DNA of 64,000 nucleotides from Lingula anatina (Eukaryota; Animalia; Brachiopoda): positions 4,026,587-4,090,586 of the forward strand of contig CM120648.1 in assembly GCA_051362555.1 (NCBI GenBank), read 5' to 3'. Of this stretch, positions 1 through 13,243 are shown one piece after another. Both the position numbers and the translations under genes were made by a program. Every line of letters begins with the position of its first letter. The first letter of the stretch is position 1. The notes beneath the pieces were generated by a model. It was given only the letters and a program-made list of their open reading frames with translations, was not told the origin of the DNA and did not search any database.

Positions 1-192
1 ATCAGTACAAAAAGAACTATGAAAAACTTATCTCAGTAACTTTTTTGTTATTATAATTATATCAATTGTCATGCTGGGTTTGTCCTGACACTGACAGGAT
101 AACTCTTATTTAAATAATACTATGATAATGAGAAAAATTAAATCTAATACTAGTACTGGATCTTACAATGAAAGGGAGATCACGATGTTTAG

Positions 193-409
193 ACCCCATT
201 CCCATAGATTTTAGATCGATCTATCCCTGTGGGGAGTCTCACTAGATTACTGTCAGCTTAGTCGGCTTAAGTGTCTGTCGCCTACTAAAAGCTGTAAGAG
301 GGTAATTAACTATGGTGCGCGCTCGGCTGACTGCAATTTAGTGTGAACCCCCAGGGAGTTAAGTTGATCTAAATCTCTGGATTGATCCAAATTTCTGGGA
401 ATGCACCCT
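193..409. mobile_element. Non-autonomous TIR element (MITE); inverted copy at 6467-6692
   Basis: Near-identical reverse complement of 6467-6692; imperfect inverted termini (cattcccatagatttt..agatc / gatccaaatttctgggaatg); no ORF. Confidence 0.75.
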
Positions 410-1895
410 TAGATCTTATCAAAATTTTGAGTTGTCACCAGCATCACATCCAAATCATTCACTCATTTAAATGCATTCTTTTAGCTTGCAAAATGTTAAA
501 GATTTTACCATTTTACCAGGTACAGTAAGCTGATATATACATATACATGTACTGCATTATGTCACTGCAACCTTTTTTTATTTTTAAAAAAATTTTTAAA
601 AGGAGGGGGGGAGGGAGATCCCTTATATCTTTACAGCAACATCTTCCTCCTTTTTTCATTTTCTTTTATTTTTACTCCTGCATGCATCTCCAGAACAAAG
701 ACACGTACCTTATGGCATCTTGCCACAAGGCACAAAATGCAGTGCATTTCAGAAGAAGGAACACTCAGGTGCTTCTGACTCACTCTCACACTGTTACCTG
801 GGTATCCAGGAGCACCCTGCATAATGTAGGGTTCCTTTTTTTAGGAGACTGAGATTTTAGGAGAAGTTTCCAGAGCATGGTGTGACTTTGGGATCACTGT
901 ATATGTCACTGTCCTAGAATATGGGGGTCAGGAATGAACGCCTGCTGCCAGAAATGCTACATGTACATTAGCAAATATCTCAAGCTATTTCAGATATTAG
1001 AATGTATGGCAGTTACTACTGTGGGTATATAGTGGTGGTGGTGGTGGTGGTGGGGGGGGGGGGGGGGGGGTAGTAGAAAGTCACAATACATCCGTGCATC
1101 CGCCATCAATTACAGAATGATGGAGAAATCTGAATATTTGTTGGGTTGAGGAGGATCACACTCAGCACTCTCAAACTCGGGATGTTGGAGGATGCACCAT
1201 GGTACTGGATAGAGGAGATGTTACAATCTACACTCTGAAGCTCAGGGTGTTATACTAACATCAATTTATATATGAGTATATGTACAAGCTGTGCTTAATG
1301 GCTGAAATACATTGTACATGTAATTCATATTGAACTGAAATAAAATAACGAATCAAATTAAAGGCAGTTCATTTGTATGCTACAAAAAATGCCCAGTCAA
1401 TTTACATTACTAAACACTTAATTACTGGTAGTAGGGCTGCTTGTGACATATTATAGTACGTATAGTGTCACATCTGTTGTATTGAGACTATAGAATCCAT
1501 GCATTATGGGATCCTATCTAGATGGACCTGAATGTGTGTGGATATGTTTATGCGTACTAGTGCATCAACTTGTCCCAGTTTATGTCATGTTGGGTGTACA
1601 CCACATTTTAGCTAACAAAGTCTGATTTTTCAATTTTACAGCTAATTAACGGCTAAATGAACTATAAAACATGGTTCAAAGGATTTTAAGACTAACATTG
1701 CGCCCCCCCCCCCCTTTTTTCCTCTACCCTTCATCTCAAAACCTTATTTTGGTACCTTCTACTAGGTTAACAGATTGATTCTTCACTAGATATTCACAGC
1801 TGTCTTTGGCTATTTCATCTCCAGAGAAACTGCGCACGATTAATCTGCGGCACTAGCAGGGGGTACGTAAATTATTTTTGCATGCATGTATCAGG

Positions 1896-2070
1896 GGGGC
1901 CGTGGCGATAGTCCGAAGGTTCAATAGTCCGAAGGTTCATTGGTCCGAATGTTCACTATAGAACCTTCGGACCAATGAACCCTTGATTAAAAAAATCGAT
2001 TAAAATGTTACCACTTTTCGGACCAATGAACCTTCGGACCAATGAACCTTCGGACTATCGAGACGCCCCC
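1896..2070. mobile_element. MITE with 15-bp subterminal tandem repeats and 8-9 bp TSD (MULE/hAT-like)
   Basis: Repeats of agtccgaaggttcaa(t) on the left mirrored by aaccttcggac on the right; flanking direct repeat GTATCAGG at 1888-1895 and 2071-2078. Confidence 0.75.
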
Positions 2071-2351
2071 GTATCAGGTATGCCAGTTTGACAAAAGGAA
2101 CTTTGCGATAGTACACAGCCTCCTAACCATTATTCTATGACAGACATTTCACCAATCTGAATGATTTTAAGGATGAAAACAATAATGGTGAACATATTAC
2201 CTCTAATATTTCAATTCACCCGATATATTCTTACGGGTCAATCTTCCAATCTTCAACGGGGCAATGTTGACATTCTGAAATACAAGTGGAGCTAAAAAGC
2301 GTTTAAAATTTTGTTTCGTATGGCGCAACTAACACAATTGCATTTGGCTAA

Positions 2352-2609
2352 GGCTTCGTTCACATGGAATGTCTATTTTCTAAAAATCTATTTTCTATTC
2401 GCGCTTTCTTATGATCACGGTCTGTGCCCTGAATATCCCGCCGCGTAATTACTGGCAGCGAGAGCCGGTTACTTATAGTAACTTATAGTAACTGGCTCGC
2501 GCTGCCAGTAATTACGCCGCGGGATATTCAGGGCACAGACCGTGATCATAAGACATACTGCGAATAGAAAATAGAATTTAGAAAATAGACATTGCATGTG
2601 AATGAAGCC
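2352..2609. mobile_element. Fold-back (fully palindromic) MITE, PIF/Harbinger-like, TAA TSD
   Basis: Arms of about 125 bp are near-perfect reverse complements (ggcttcgttcacatg...catgtgaatgaagcc), flanked by TAA at 2349-2351 and 2610-2612. Confidence 0.85.
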
Positions 2610-3174
2610 TAATTCACTGCTAGCTCACGTCCATAATAAGATTTTGACAAAAAATACAGCGGTTATTGTTTAAATAAATGAGATCATCTAATGCATTGGA
2701 AAAATATTATTTATTTTCAATTTGCAAATAAATTGGTAAAGCACTGAGTGAAAGACAGACGTTTCGTGTTTGTTTACAAGTGAATATAGAGCTACTGTAC
2801 ATTAATACATTTTTCTCTTTTTTTGGGGGGGGGGGAGGGAGGGTTGGACTTGAAGCTGTCATCTGCTTTTCCAGTTCAAAAGCATTTCTGAATATGAATA
2901 TGCACTGATCCATATCAATGACATTAAATATGCCTTTAAGTTGTTTTTTGTTCTTTAATTATTTCTGCTGGACGTGGACTAATAATTTCAGCCTAGCCAC
3001 ACACTAATTTCATGCCCATTGCTTTGTGTGAAGACCTCCAAAAACAAACTGCCAATAAGTCATTTATTGATGCTCTTACAGATTGTTACTGTTCATGTCT
3101 AAATGGAATCTTCCAATGCTCTTTGATTAATATATATCTACACCAAGTTACTGAATAATTGGAGGGAGAAATTA

Positions 3175-5319
3175 TCATCTTTTTCTTTTCCTCTTTGGAT
3201 TTCCATCATAATTAGCTGGCCGGGCAACATCGTTGTCCCCACTGGATTCACTTGCACGCTGGTATAGCTTTAATAGTTCCATGGCCTCCGAAGTTTTTAT
3301 CCGGTCATCCAAATATCTCTGACATGTTTCTTGAAGCGTTTCCACATTGCTCGTGCTATCCTGAAGAATACGAGCTAGCTCGTGTGGGTCCAGGTCGACT
3401 ATGTCCTGTGAAGAAGTAGGGAAATTTCCATATAAATTCATGATTATCCTATTAAATGAAGTAAATTCTGATCTGAAATATTAACCATGTCTTTTTTTTT
3501 TTTGCTATAAAACAGGTGTAATGTTTTAATTAGTTGGACTACTACTGATTTATCTTGGATTAAGCAGACTGGAATTTTGGTCTGTATGTTTACTACTAGT
3601 AGTCTTTTATGCACCATGCTCCAAGTCCACAAATTCCATACTTTCTGGTAATTTTCCCATCTAATGGTTTAAAGGTATCTATATTGTAATGTCACACTAC
3701 CTGTGTTTTGATGTTATCCAGATGCTACAATGCTTGTATTAAAATCTCATTGCATTCTGTAGCAAAAACACCACCAAAGTTTGCCCTTTTTCCTCCTAAT
3801 TTTATTAGAAATTCATGCCTAATTAAAAAAATTTTGGAACCACAGAAACAGTAATACCTGCAGTTCCTCATTGGATAACAAGAAGAATGCTTCAGGGTCC
3901 TCTTGTAGCCTATCTTTCAACCTCTGTATAGTAATAGTTATGCCAGAACTTGTTGCAGAGTCTGTATCCACTTTGTAAATTTCTCTTCCAAAATCTGTTT
4001 CATCTGGTGATGGATCTGAAAAAAAAAAAAATAACTGTTCAGTTTATTTTATTGTACAGCTTTATGAAAGGTTAAAGGCATAATAACTCTTTGTATGAGA
4101 CCTATATTTCACAATAAAAACCTTGTGAATAACTCATAGAAATATAATATATTCTGTTTTACCACAAAAACAGCAGTTATAGCTTTTATTCTGATATTTG
4201 AACTTGTCTTTAGACCACGTGACCTCCATTGATGTCTATACTCTGTTAAAATCTCTTAAGAGATTTTAACAAAAAACCAAACTTTTTAGAAAAAAACCAG
4301 GGACTAACTTTGAATGTAAAAATGGATTCATTAACCATTGGTAAGTATGGGAAAATTGTTGTTTACTCCAGGAAAATTCATTTTTTGGCCGAAACGAAGA
4401 GTTATTATTGCTTTAAGTCTCACCCTGCTTGTACCAGTTCCTCTCTCTCTCTCTCTCTCTCTCTCTAAAACACACAAGCACAAACTATGAACAGGGGGTG
4501 ATTTGAACATTAAGTCTCATTCTCTGACTACTGGGGTATGCACAAGACAGAAAGAGAGAGAGTGGAAGAGAGAGAGATAGTGAAAATGCAAACTTTAAAA
4601 TTATATTTACATATAACCATGTAGCTAAGAACAATTATTACTCATACCTCTAACTTTTGTCCATTTTTCTCCAGGTTTCAATAGTAAAAATGTTGTATTA
4701 TCTTTCAAACAAAGAAAGTAATCGTTATCTTCAACTTCTGTTCCATCTTCTTCTAAGACTACTTTCACTTTGCTGTCATCTGGAATTCCTAATTTTTCCT
4801 TTCCTGCAGCAGTGTTCGAACAAAAAAGAGCCACCTATTAATATGCAGTCTGCAACATTAAATTTCATTAATTTGTTCAGTTGCTACTGTCCACCATACC
4901 TGCTTCAAATTAACATATTTGAAACAGAACTCTTAAAATATTTTATTTTATCAGAGTCCATATTTACAATTCATGGTAACCATGTTTTTTTTTTTTTTAG
5001 AAAATATAATTTTTGAGCGCTTATCCTAACAAATTTCATTTAAATACACTTAGACAACTTCGCAAAGAACATTGAACAACATACTGATGTCTACCACTCA
5101 GTAGAATATACTAGCAATTATCAACAACAGTGGAAACGAAACGAAACTTTCGAAATACAACTATTTGTAGATTGAGTATCCTTTAAAGTTTAACGTTAAA
5201 CAAAAATGCATCCGTGTACCCTTTTCGATCAGCTCATCTAGATTTGATGCTGCAACACCTTTCTTCAAATTCAATGAGCGAGTCGCATTCCAAATCTTAC
5301 AGGGTCTTTGTGTTTTCAT
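3175..5319 (-). CDS. DFFA: DNA fragmentation factor alpha (ICAD/DFF45)-like CIDE-N protein, 214 aa; exons 5319-5220, 4803-4648, 4015-3858, 3405-3175
   Basis: GT-AG exons with consistent phases give MKTQRPCKIWNATRSLNLKKGVAASNLDELIEKGKEKLGI..VVLEEDGTEVEDNDYFLCLKDNTTFLLLKPGEKW (CIDE-N), then LSNEELQDIVDLDPHELA..LQETCQRYL..ELLKLY (DFF-C-like) and a C-terminal basic NLS PKRKRKR. Confidence 0.88.
4076..4412. mobile_element. Kolobok/piggyBac-type non-autonomous element, TTAA TSD; inverted copy at 41329-41665
   Basis: TTAA at 4072-4075 and 4413-4416; TIR-like aggcataataactct / agagttattattgct; nearly identical reverse-complement copy at 41329-41665. Confidence 0.85.
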
Positions 5320-5545
5320 TGTTTCAGTTTTGAACTATTTTTGAAGTAATTTTTGGGCCAACGGAGCCAACTAGTCTTGATGTTTACATTTTTGCCTAGG
5401 AAGATCTGTTACGAAAACTTTGATTGGATAGCGGTTCCCTTAGCCTTCTTTCTACCGTAAAGCCTCGTTATTGCAATAGTAATAATTGCCGATTTTGGAG
5501 CTAAGCCGAGGCCATGACTTCTCTCTTAGGTGAAATAGGTCAAAC
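5320..5545. promoter_or_regulatory. Bidirectional promoter/5' UTR region between DFFA-like and PEX14
   Basis: Only 226 bp between the divergent ATGs (5319 on -, 5546 on +); contains a CCAAT box (gattgg near 5422). Confidence 0.7.
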
Positions 5546-8500
5546 ATGGCTGAAGAGGGGGAAAAGGTTAGTTTCATGCCATTTCAATAAATTTAGTATA
5601 ATCTGTAGTCTTCCTTGGTGTTTGTTTTATTAATCGGCAAGGGGAATAAAGAAAATTTATAAGGTTATCAATTAAATTTATCAATGATAAATTGGTGAGC
5701 ATTTCTACTGGTTTCGTTTTGTTCCTTTTGTACTTGTCCCTACATGCTAGCCTGTCATGGCCCTGACCTGGGCACTAATAACCACAGGTAACATGTAAAG
5801 CCGAAGACAGAGACAAGGTCCAACTAAGTACTGCGTGTGCCGTATCAAAAGGAACATAGCTATATAAATGTAATTGTTGTAGAGTCCAGGGCCGTAGCCT
5901 GAGCAAAATGCCAGGGGGGGCAGTAAGCGGACACGAGGGGGCGAATCCCCCGAGGGGGAGGGTGTGGGAGGGGGTGTCCCCCTCCCACGGTGTGGAAAAT
6001 TTTTAAAAACTGTATGTATAATACTGCATTCTGGTGCATTTTAACTGTTATTTATTGGTCAACCAGAAGTCAGAAATTGTGGGTTCATTTTGCCATAAGT
6101 ACAGTCATTTTTTCAACACAACACGCCAATTGGCCTTGGGGATAGCTCCCTCAGGGAGGTGAGCTTTTTGGCATGAACTGAGTTGGCTAAAAACAGTACA
6201 CCTTTGTAAACAGATTGTTGAATGATTGTCTAGTGGCCATGATCAGTGCCTTTTCTCACAGAATTGATACCAACTTTGCAATTATTTTTATACCTTTGCG
6301 ATTATTTTTTTTGCACCCCAACTTCCAGGGGGGGCAGCTGCCCCCCCTGCCCCCCGGAGTCTACGGCCCTGGAGTCTGTACAGGCAGCGGGGCATAGCCA
6401 ATTTTATTGAAATAAAAACCTAATGATAAACTGCCTGTACTGTACTGGGTCCTTTAAAACAGACATAGGGTGCTTTCCCAGAGATTTAGATCGATCTAAA
6501 GATTAAGATTTAGATCGACCTAACTCCCTGGGGGTTCACGCTAAATTGCAGTCAGCCGAGCGGGCACCATAGTTAATTACCCCCTTACAGCTTTTAGTAG
6601 GCGGGACAGACGCTTAAGCCGGCCAAGCTGCAAGTAATCTAGTGAGACTCCCCACAGGGATAGATCGATCTAAAAATCTATGGAAATGGGGTGATACACT
6701 GTACGCATATGTAGTGAATGTTTTGTCTGATTGGGTAATTGGTTTTGTTCACTGGTTTTCTGACCTATATACAGGGATTACTTATACTGGTTATTAACAT
6801 ATACAAAGGTACATGTAGTCGTTATCAGCATCATTGTTATTATTACAGATATCAGAGACAGAGTCAGTACCTGTCCTTCCTCCTGAGGTCAGACAGTCTT
6901 TGGTAGGTGAATATACTATATGTCTCTCTTTCGTATGTGTGTGTGTGTGTGGGGGGGGGGGGCTGTCTGTCTCTGCCTCCCTCCTATAATTTTGCTCTCC
7001 CCACTTCACTTTATGATTTAAATCAGAGGATGATGATATGGTGAAAATGGAGAACTTTCGTTACCTTTATCCTTGGATGAACTGTTGTGGTCTTAAATTG
7101 GTATAAAATATTTATGTCTGTATTTTTTTAATTAAGCCATTTCCTGACTTTTTGTTCAACAAGCCTATTGTCTTCATATAAATAAACTAGTGGTAAAAAT
7201 TATCATTTTCTTAAACCACATGACAAAGCAATTTTGTCATATTTTGGTTAAATGATTGATCAGAATAATTTTACTTGATTTTTTTTCTTCGATTTCAGGT
7301 TGGCACAGCAGTAAAATTCTTACAAAACCCCAAAGTCCAAGACACACCTTTATCTAGAAAGAAGGCATTCCTGGAAAAGAAAGGTAATGAATAACTAATA
7401 CATTTTATTGGTACAAGAGGGAGGTTCTTTTAAGAAATATTTTTATTTTCCCCATATTTTTTTAGTATGTGAGAGTACATGTAGGCATATCAACTGAAAA
7501 AACTGAAAAAATAACCTTTTTTTTAACAGAAGCAGAACTTGGTGACTTGCCACATTTATATTATCTTCCTATGTGTTATTGATGTGTTTTGCTTTCATTA
7601 TTTGAAGGTCTCACCAGTGAGGAAATAGAGCTTGCCATAAAGACTTCAGGCACCCCTTTACAAGATATACCCCAGCATTCACAGCAGGTTCAAGTAATAG
7701 GTAATACAGCATTTTGCTCCTTGAATTTATGAAGATTATTAGATGTCCAGTTTAAATAATACCTACGGTAATTACTCTGTAAATTTGAACAATACAAATA
7801 AATTTCCACATAGGATTGTTTTGATAATAATTGTACTTCAATATTGTTTCAGAAGTTTTGAAAATTAACTTGTTTTTGTGTAAAAAGATTTTAAGATGAA
7901 AAGAAAAAATTTAAAAATGAATATTGGAGTAACTCAGATGTTTGAAAATTGCAGGATAACTATACACAAGTTTTTAAATTAATTACTGGATATTTGTCAG
8001 TAATTGATTACCATTACTAATGAGCAATAATTTATTGATTGATGTTTTCCTAAATCATCATAATGCAGTAACTCTAATGAATTATACCTTAAAGTCTGTT
8101 AAAATCGTAACATTTTCTGACTTAACTGAAGAAATAATTATTGTTATTAGAAAGCTTTTCACCAATTTTCCATTGATCTGGTTCACATTATTTGACTGTT
8201 TAGCTAAAAATATTATAAAAAGAATGGCCCATATCATTGTGTATTTAAGGGAATGAACTTTGATTCATGAATTAAAAGTTGATTTTTTAAAATGATATTT
8301 TGAAATTAGCAAGAACTTAACACATTTGGTTTTGTAGCTCCATTACCAACATGGTGGACCAGAGTTAAAGATATTGCCATTGTGACATTAATAGCAGGAG
8401 GAGGTGCATATTGGGTGTATAGATTATTCAAGGTAAAAACAATTAAAAAAGAAAAAAAAGTGATAAGCATTGTTCTTTTAAGTCATTACTGAAAGATCAT

Positions 8501-10756
8501 TTATTGGTTACAAATAATAAATGGGAAGGAAATCAGACATTTCTCAGTTATTATTGCAACAATTTTTTTATGGACAGACACTGTGAAGACTTGTAGCCAT
8601 CACCTGTGTCTGTCCCCGCTGTTACTGTCATTGTTGGTGTCACCATGCACTTTCCTTGCTAACACCATTAAAAAGAAACCGAGCTTCTTATTGTTGCTTG
8701 ACTTGCACTTAGAATCAGGGGCAGATTGAGGCCATCTTCTGGGTCTTCCTGAAAACGGTCAGATTTTCAGGTTTACATTGACAGGTATCTATTTTTCCTG
8801 TTGGAAGACGGTCAAAAATGGAGGATGGATCAACAAAGATAATTTGGAGGACTGTCAAAAATATCTCTGGATCCGCCCCTGAGAATGATGCTTAGGACTA
8901 AAATGCAGTTTTAGTTTGAGTAAGAGCCTGATTGGATTAATATTTTTGTTTCTATCAGGAAGCTATATTACCATGGATACGGGGTGATGAACCCAAGGCC
9001 AAAAAATATGAACGCCTGGAGACGAGTATGGCAGCCATTCAGGAGTTGTTAAGTCTACAGCAAGAGAAAATCCAGGACATTTCTCATGCTGCCACAAACA
9101 GACAGGTATTTTTTTATTTTTATTTCATTTTAAGATATTTTTATGTTGTAGAACTGTTCTGGTAGTGTTAGGAGGAATGCCGTGTGATCACTGGTTCACG
9201 TGTGTATCCTTGTTACAATTTGTATTTTTTGATAAAATATTTTAGTCCTCAGTTAATTATTACTACTAAGATAAATCTATAACCAGTTTTGTTGTATTCT
9301 CTTTTGTTGAAATCAGCTTTAAAACTGAACTCCTACTGGTAGATACAGGATATCCAAAAAAAAGGGGGGGATAAGTTTTTTTTAACAATTTCTGAACTGG
9401 TTACTCTTTCAGACAGGAGATGCCTTGGTGAGGCAACAAGATACCCAATCTCTGAATGAAATCAAACAGGAAATTATTTCACTCAAAGGTCTTTTGCTCA
9501 AAAGGTAAGTAGTGCTGAATTTAAAGAGCTCTGATCTTATCAAAATAAACATTAAAGTTAGAGTAGGGATAGCTACAGGTTTATTTTTAAAACAAAGTTT
9601 GTATTAACTTTCAAATTCAAAAATTTAGTCCACTTTTTAATTGATAATGATATAAGTCTATTAAAACTCATTTCTTTTTATGTGGACTATTAGTGATTTA
9701 TCTTGGGTTGAGTTGACTGAAATTTTGGATCATAATATTCAAGCCAGCTTCTGGTCATGGGCTTCTTGTGAATATAGTTCTTTCTCAAATAGAGAATCTC
9801 TGAGTCAAAATTTGTTGTCAAATTTGGTTTATGGCAGTGGCTGTCATAAATAATGACTGAAGATTATAATGCTTTTGTTAAAAAAAAAAAACAGCCTGGA
9901 CAAGACAACAGGCATACCTATGAACCCCAAGATCAGAAGAAAAGAATATTCAAAATGGTTTATTTGAAAATTTAATATTATTCTACCACAGAGGGATAGA
10001 TAGGAAAAAATTTAATCCCTTGTTTGTTTGTTTTTTTTTTTAAATAGGAACCAGTTCCCTGCAGCCCCAGTTCAGACGCCAATCACTCTGCCGCCATGGC
10101 AACTGGAATCATCATCATCACCAACCTTGACAACCACAGCTGCCGAGATGGCAACAACTTTTGCCAATAGTGAAAATGGAACTGCTGCAACAAAGACAGT
10201 TTCTGCAGTAAGATCTTTTGTTTTGTACACTGACTGTCTTAGTACAGTCCCCTTGTCATTGTTGTGTAAACAGAGTCACAGGGTTGTACATCAGCAGGCC
10301 AGTGACCGCTAAACTGGCATTATCTTAGTCTGCTGATTAAAAGATATAGCCTGCTCAGTAAAATAGATGGCTGATTTGTAGATAACTGACAACAGATGGA
10401 CGTCTATGGAAAGTTAGTAAAGTCAGTCTGTTTCACCAAGAATAAAACTGTTTATTTATGTGCTATTAGTTGATTTAATCACATTAAAATTTGTCTAAGT
10501 TACACAGATTTTTGATTGCATGGCAAGTTATAAGACTAAAAAAAATGAAACTGAAGAACTTTGATAAGAAAATAAAGTACAGATATTAATTGTATTTTAG
10601 GAAGCCGAAGGGGAAACTGGGGATGCAGCAGAAACCAATTTTTGTGTTCAATGTGAAGATGGACAAGAGGTCAAAGGTCAAGGTGAAAGTATGACTCCCA
10701 TAGAAACAAGGGCAGATGAAGAAGAAATGAATGGAAAAAATGAAGAAGTGGATTAG
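5546..10756 (+). CDS. PEX14: Peroxisomal membrane protein PEX14, ~282 aa; exons 5546-5566, 7299-7383, 7608-7700, 8338-8432, 8959-9105, 9413-9504, 10048-10207, 10601-10756
   Basis: Spliced product contains [36 protein letters not shown] (Pex14 N domain), a TM segment IAIVTLIAGGGAYWVY, coiled coil EIKQEIISLKGLLLKRNQFP, the LPPWQL motif and an acidic tail. All junctions are GT-AG and in phase. A small exon in intron 1 may be missed. Confidence 0.93.
5887..6371. mobile_element. MITE with CAGGGCCGTAG termini and 5-bp TSD (hAT5-like) in PEX14 intron 1
   Basis: TIR cagggccgtag / ctacggccctg; direct repeat GAGTC at 5882-5886 and 6372-6376. Confidence 0.8.
6467..6692. mobile_element. MITE, inverted copy of 193-409
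   Basis: Reverse-complement identity with 193-409. Confidence 0.75.
8563..8680 (+). mobile_element. Degenerate 5' fragment of the Helentron-type element found at 39416-41211
   Basis: tttttatggacagaca..gccatcacctgtgtctgtc..catgcactttcc..taacac resembles the reverse complement of 41080-41210. Confidence 0.5.
8716..8881. mobile_element. MITE (CAGGGGC..GCCCCTG, 5-bp TSD AGAAT); second copy at 27990-28154
   Basis: TIR caggggcagat / atccgcccctg; AGAAT at 8711-8715 and 8882-8886; close similarity to 27990-28154. Confidence 0.8.
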
Positions 10757-12527
10757 TTTGGAACTTTTTACAAATTAGTGAGAACAGTCAAGGTCATAAG
10801 CATGTCTTATAATTTTTTTCCGGTTGTTATTATGAACCCTCTATGATGAGAAAGTAGTTGTAAAAGAATAATAACAATGTTTAAAAATGTGGCTTTATAT
10901 AGCTTTATGTCGGGAAAGAGTTCTTTTTGGTCAACAAACAAATCATTTATGCCATAAAAATAATAAATTATCTGCTGTAAGGCTGTAGTAGAAAGAGATG
11001 TGCCTGGGGGAAACCAAGAGAAATGTTTAAATTTCAGTGCAATATTTGAATTATGTTAAGTATGATTGACATGTCAGTAATGATAAAGTAATTTTTGTAA
11101 TTATGTACTTTGATATGTAATTTTTACTAGAACATAAATGTGACAACTGAAATATTAACAGTCATTGATTTATAAAATCAAAATAAACAAGCTAGCTGTA
11201 GGTTTTGTAACCTAATTTCAGTGGTCTTCTTTACAGTTGTGAAAATCTAGTTTTGTATGAATTCAATGATCAGTTATTATATTTGAAATAAGTAAATGTT
11301 TCACACTTATAAAGATGGCAAGTGCTAGAAGCGTACGTATGATTATTGAAATAAGATTAAACTAGTCTTAAATATGGCTAGACAGGGTAAAGGGAAATAT
11401 TGAGAATATGATTGTCAGTTGAAAATGATAATTACCCAACCACTTTTGTCAAATTTATCTATTTAGAATTTCTGTTTGAAACTATATTAATTGTAGACAA
11501 ATGCAATGCAGAGATTATCCTTATAAGATAAATGTATTTGTAGTGATGTTTTAAAAACAGCATTAAAACAAGTTGTAGGAATGTGTTCCAAGTAATGGGT
11601 TGGATGCATTTTAGTTTATTTTATAATGTAGTAGGTTTTATATGCTGTATAAAAATATAACATTTCACTGCTGCTATAAATGGATTTGTATTGATGTACA
11701 TTTTGTATAAGAAATTGTTAAGTTTGGACGCAAATTTTAATTAAAAAAATATGAATTAATTCAAATGCCATATTTTGGAGTTTATGTGTATTAGTAGTAT
11801 CTCTCACAAAGAGATGAATAAAATTTAATATCAAATTACAATAAAAACAACATTTAAAAAAAAAAAGAAATTTATTTACAACAAATAATGAAACAAAGAC
11901 ATCTTCATCATTATCAGGGCAATGAGATTAACAAAATAAATTCCAATGGATGACTTATGTACAGCTGTACATTGAAAATGAATGATATATTGTTCATGAA
12001 CTCATTTGTGTAAGCATGTCAATTGAATATATTCAATCACTGCTTAATTTAGCAATGGACCTGTTATCCCTATCAGTGTCTTATTGACTCTTAATGGTTC
12101 ATGTGATTAGACAGACTTCATCCTGTCACCACAGTTAAGACATCAACCTCATACTTCTGAATCCTATGTGATGTCATTAAGTCAATTTCCTGTTGAGTTT
12201 AGCATGGTCCTTAAAAGAATGTGATCATCTTGCTGGACCAGGTGCTAAAGGGCGGTTTATATGGTGGGGCTTTTTAAACAAGCTCTTGCATTTTCGTAGT
12301 TAATCTGTTTTTTTCTTGTCAAAAACTAAAAAGTAACCATCAATTTTTAGTCTACTACATGGAAGTGAGACCATGACAATTGTTTAGGTTTTATAGTCCT
12401 AGTTCTGCAGTCAAACCTTTTCAATAAAGTTAGTGTAGTAGACAAAATATTTTTATTTCTCCATATTAATAGTTAAAAAAAAAAAAAAAAAACCAAGTCA
12501 CAGTATCACCCTTGTACACAGCAGTGT

Positions 12528-13161
12528 TTATGTTTTGGGTGGAGGGACATCATCCCCATAGCTAGGTTTCCAGTAATAATGCCGCCTAATGTGATGGTTC
12601 AGTTGAGAAAGTATTGTGATGCCGTCTACGACGTATGGTCGCACGTCCGTGTTCTTCGGGAGGAGACGTTCTGTTTGAAGCAAACCAGAAAAAGCCTGGA
12701 AGAGAATGTAAATGTAAGTTTGATGACGAAATTATTTTAAGTGATTTTTTAAAAATCATTGACATGATTAGCTATAAAAAACTTAGAATTGTCATATTTA
12801 CTTTCAATATCATTTATCATTATTGTTCTTGTTATTACTACCAGCAGAGGACTTGTCTTCATTATATGGTCAGCATACAATGCAAAGGCTACATTCCACC
12901 TTTTTAACATTATTTCTATTTTTACAGTTTTATTTTAAATAAAGATGATCAAAAATATATTTTGTAAATGCTCACAATGGCTGCAGGTTCCTCCAAGTTA
13001 TTTCCCCAGATATAAACAGCCTGGAGCCCCATGTTAAACTTCATACAGTCTGCTATGGCACATAACCCTTTACTGCTGATGTTATTATAGCAGATCACCA
13101 GTCTGAAAGGTTCAATAAGTCTAATAATTAATACTTGAACATGTGCATATGTATTTTAATG

Positions 13162-13243
<82 letters not shown>

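Noticed and set aside
547-1260. ORFs 547-852 (+) and 631-822 (-) and slightly GC-richer patches
   Set aside because: No recognisable protein motif or consistent exon chain; left unannotated.
1908-2060. Short regular repeats as a CRISPR-like array
   Set aside because: No unique spacers; these are inverted subterminal repeats of a MITE in eukaryotic DNA.
7025-7150. ATGATGA...CTGA in PEX14 intron 1 as a snoRNA, or GATGATGATATG (7029-7040) as a microexon
   Set aside because: Weak terminal stem and no rRNA-complementary guide; the splice signals for the microexon are poor.
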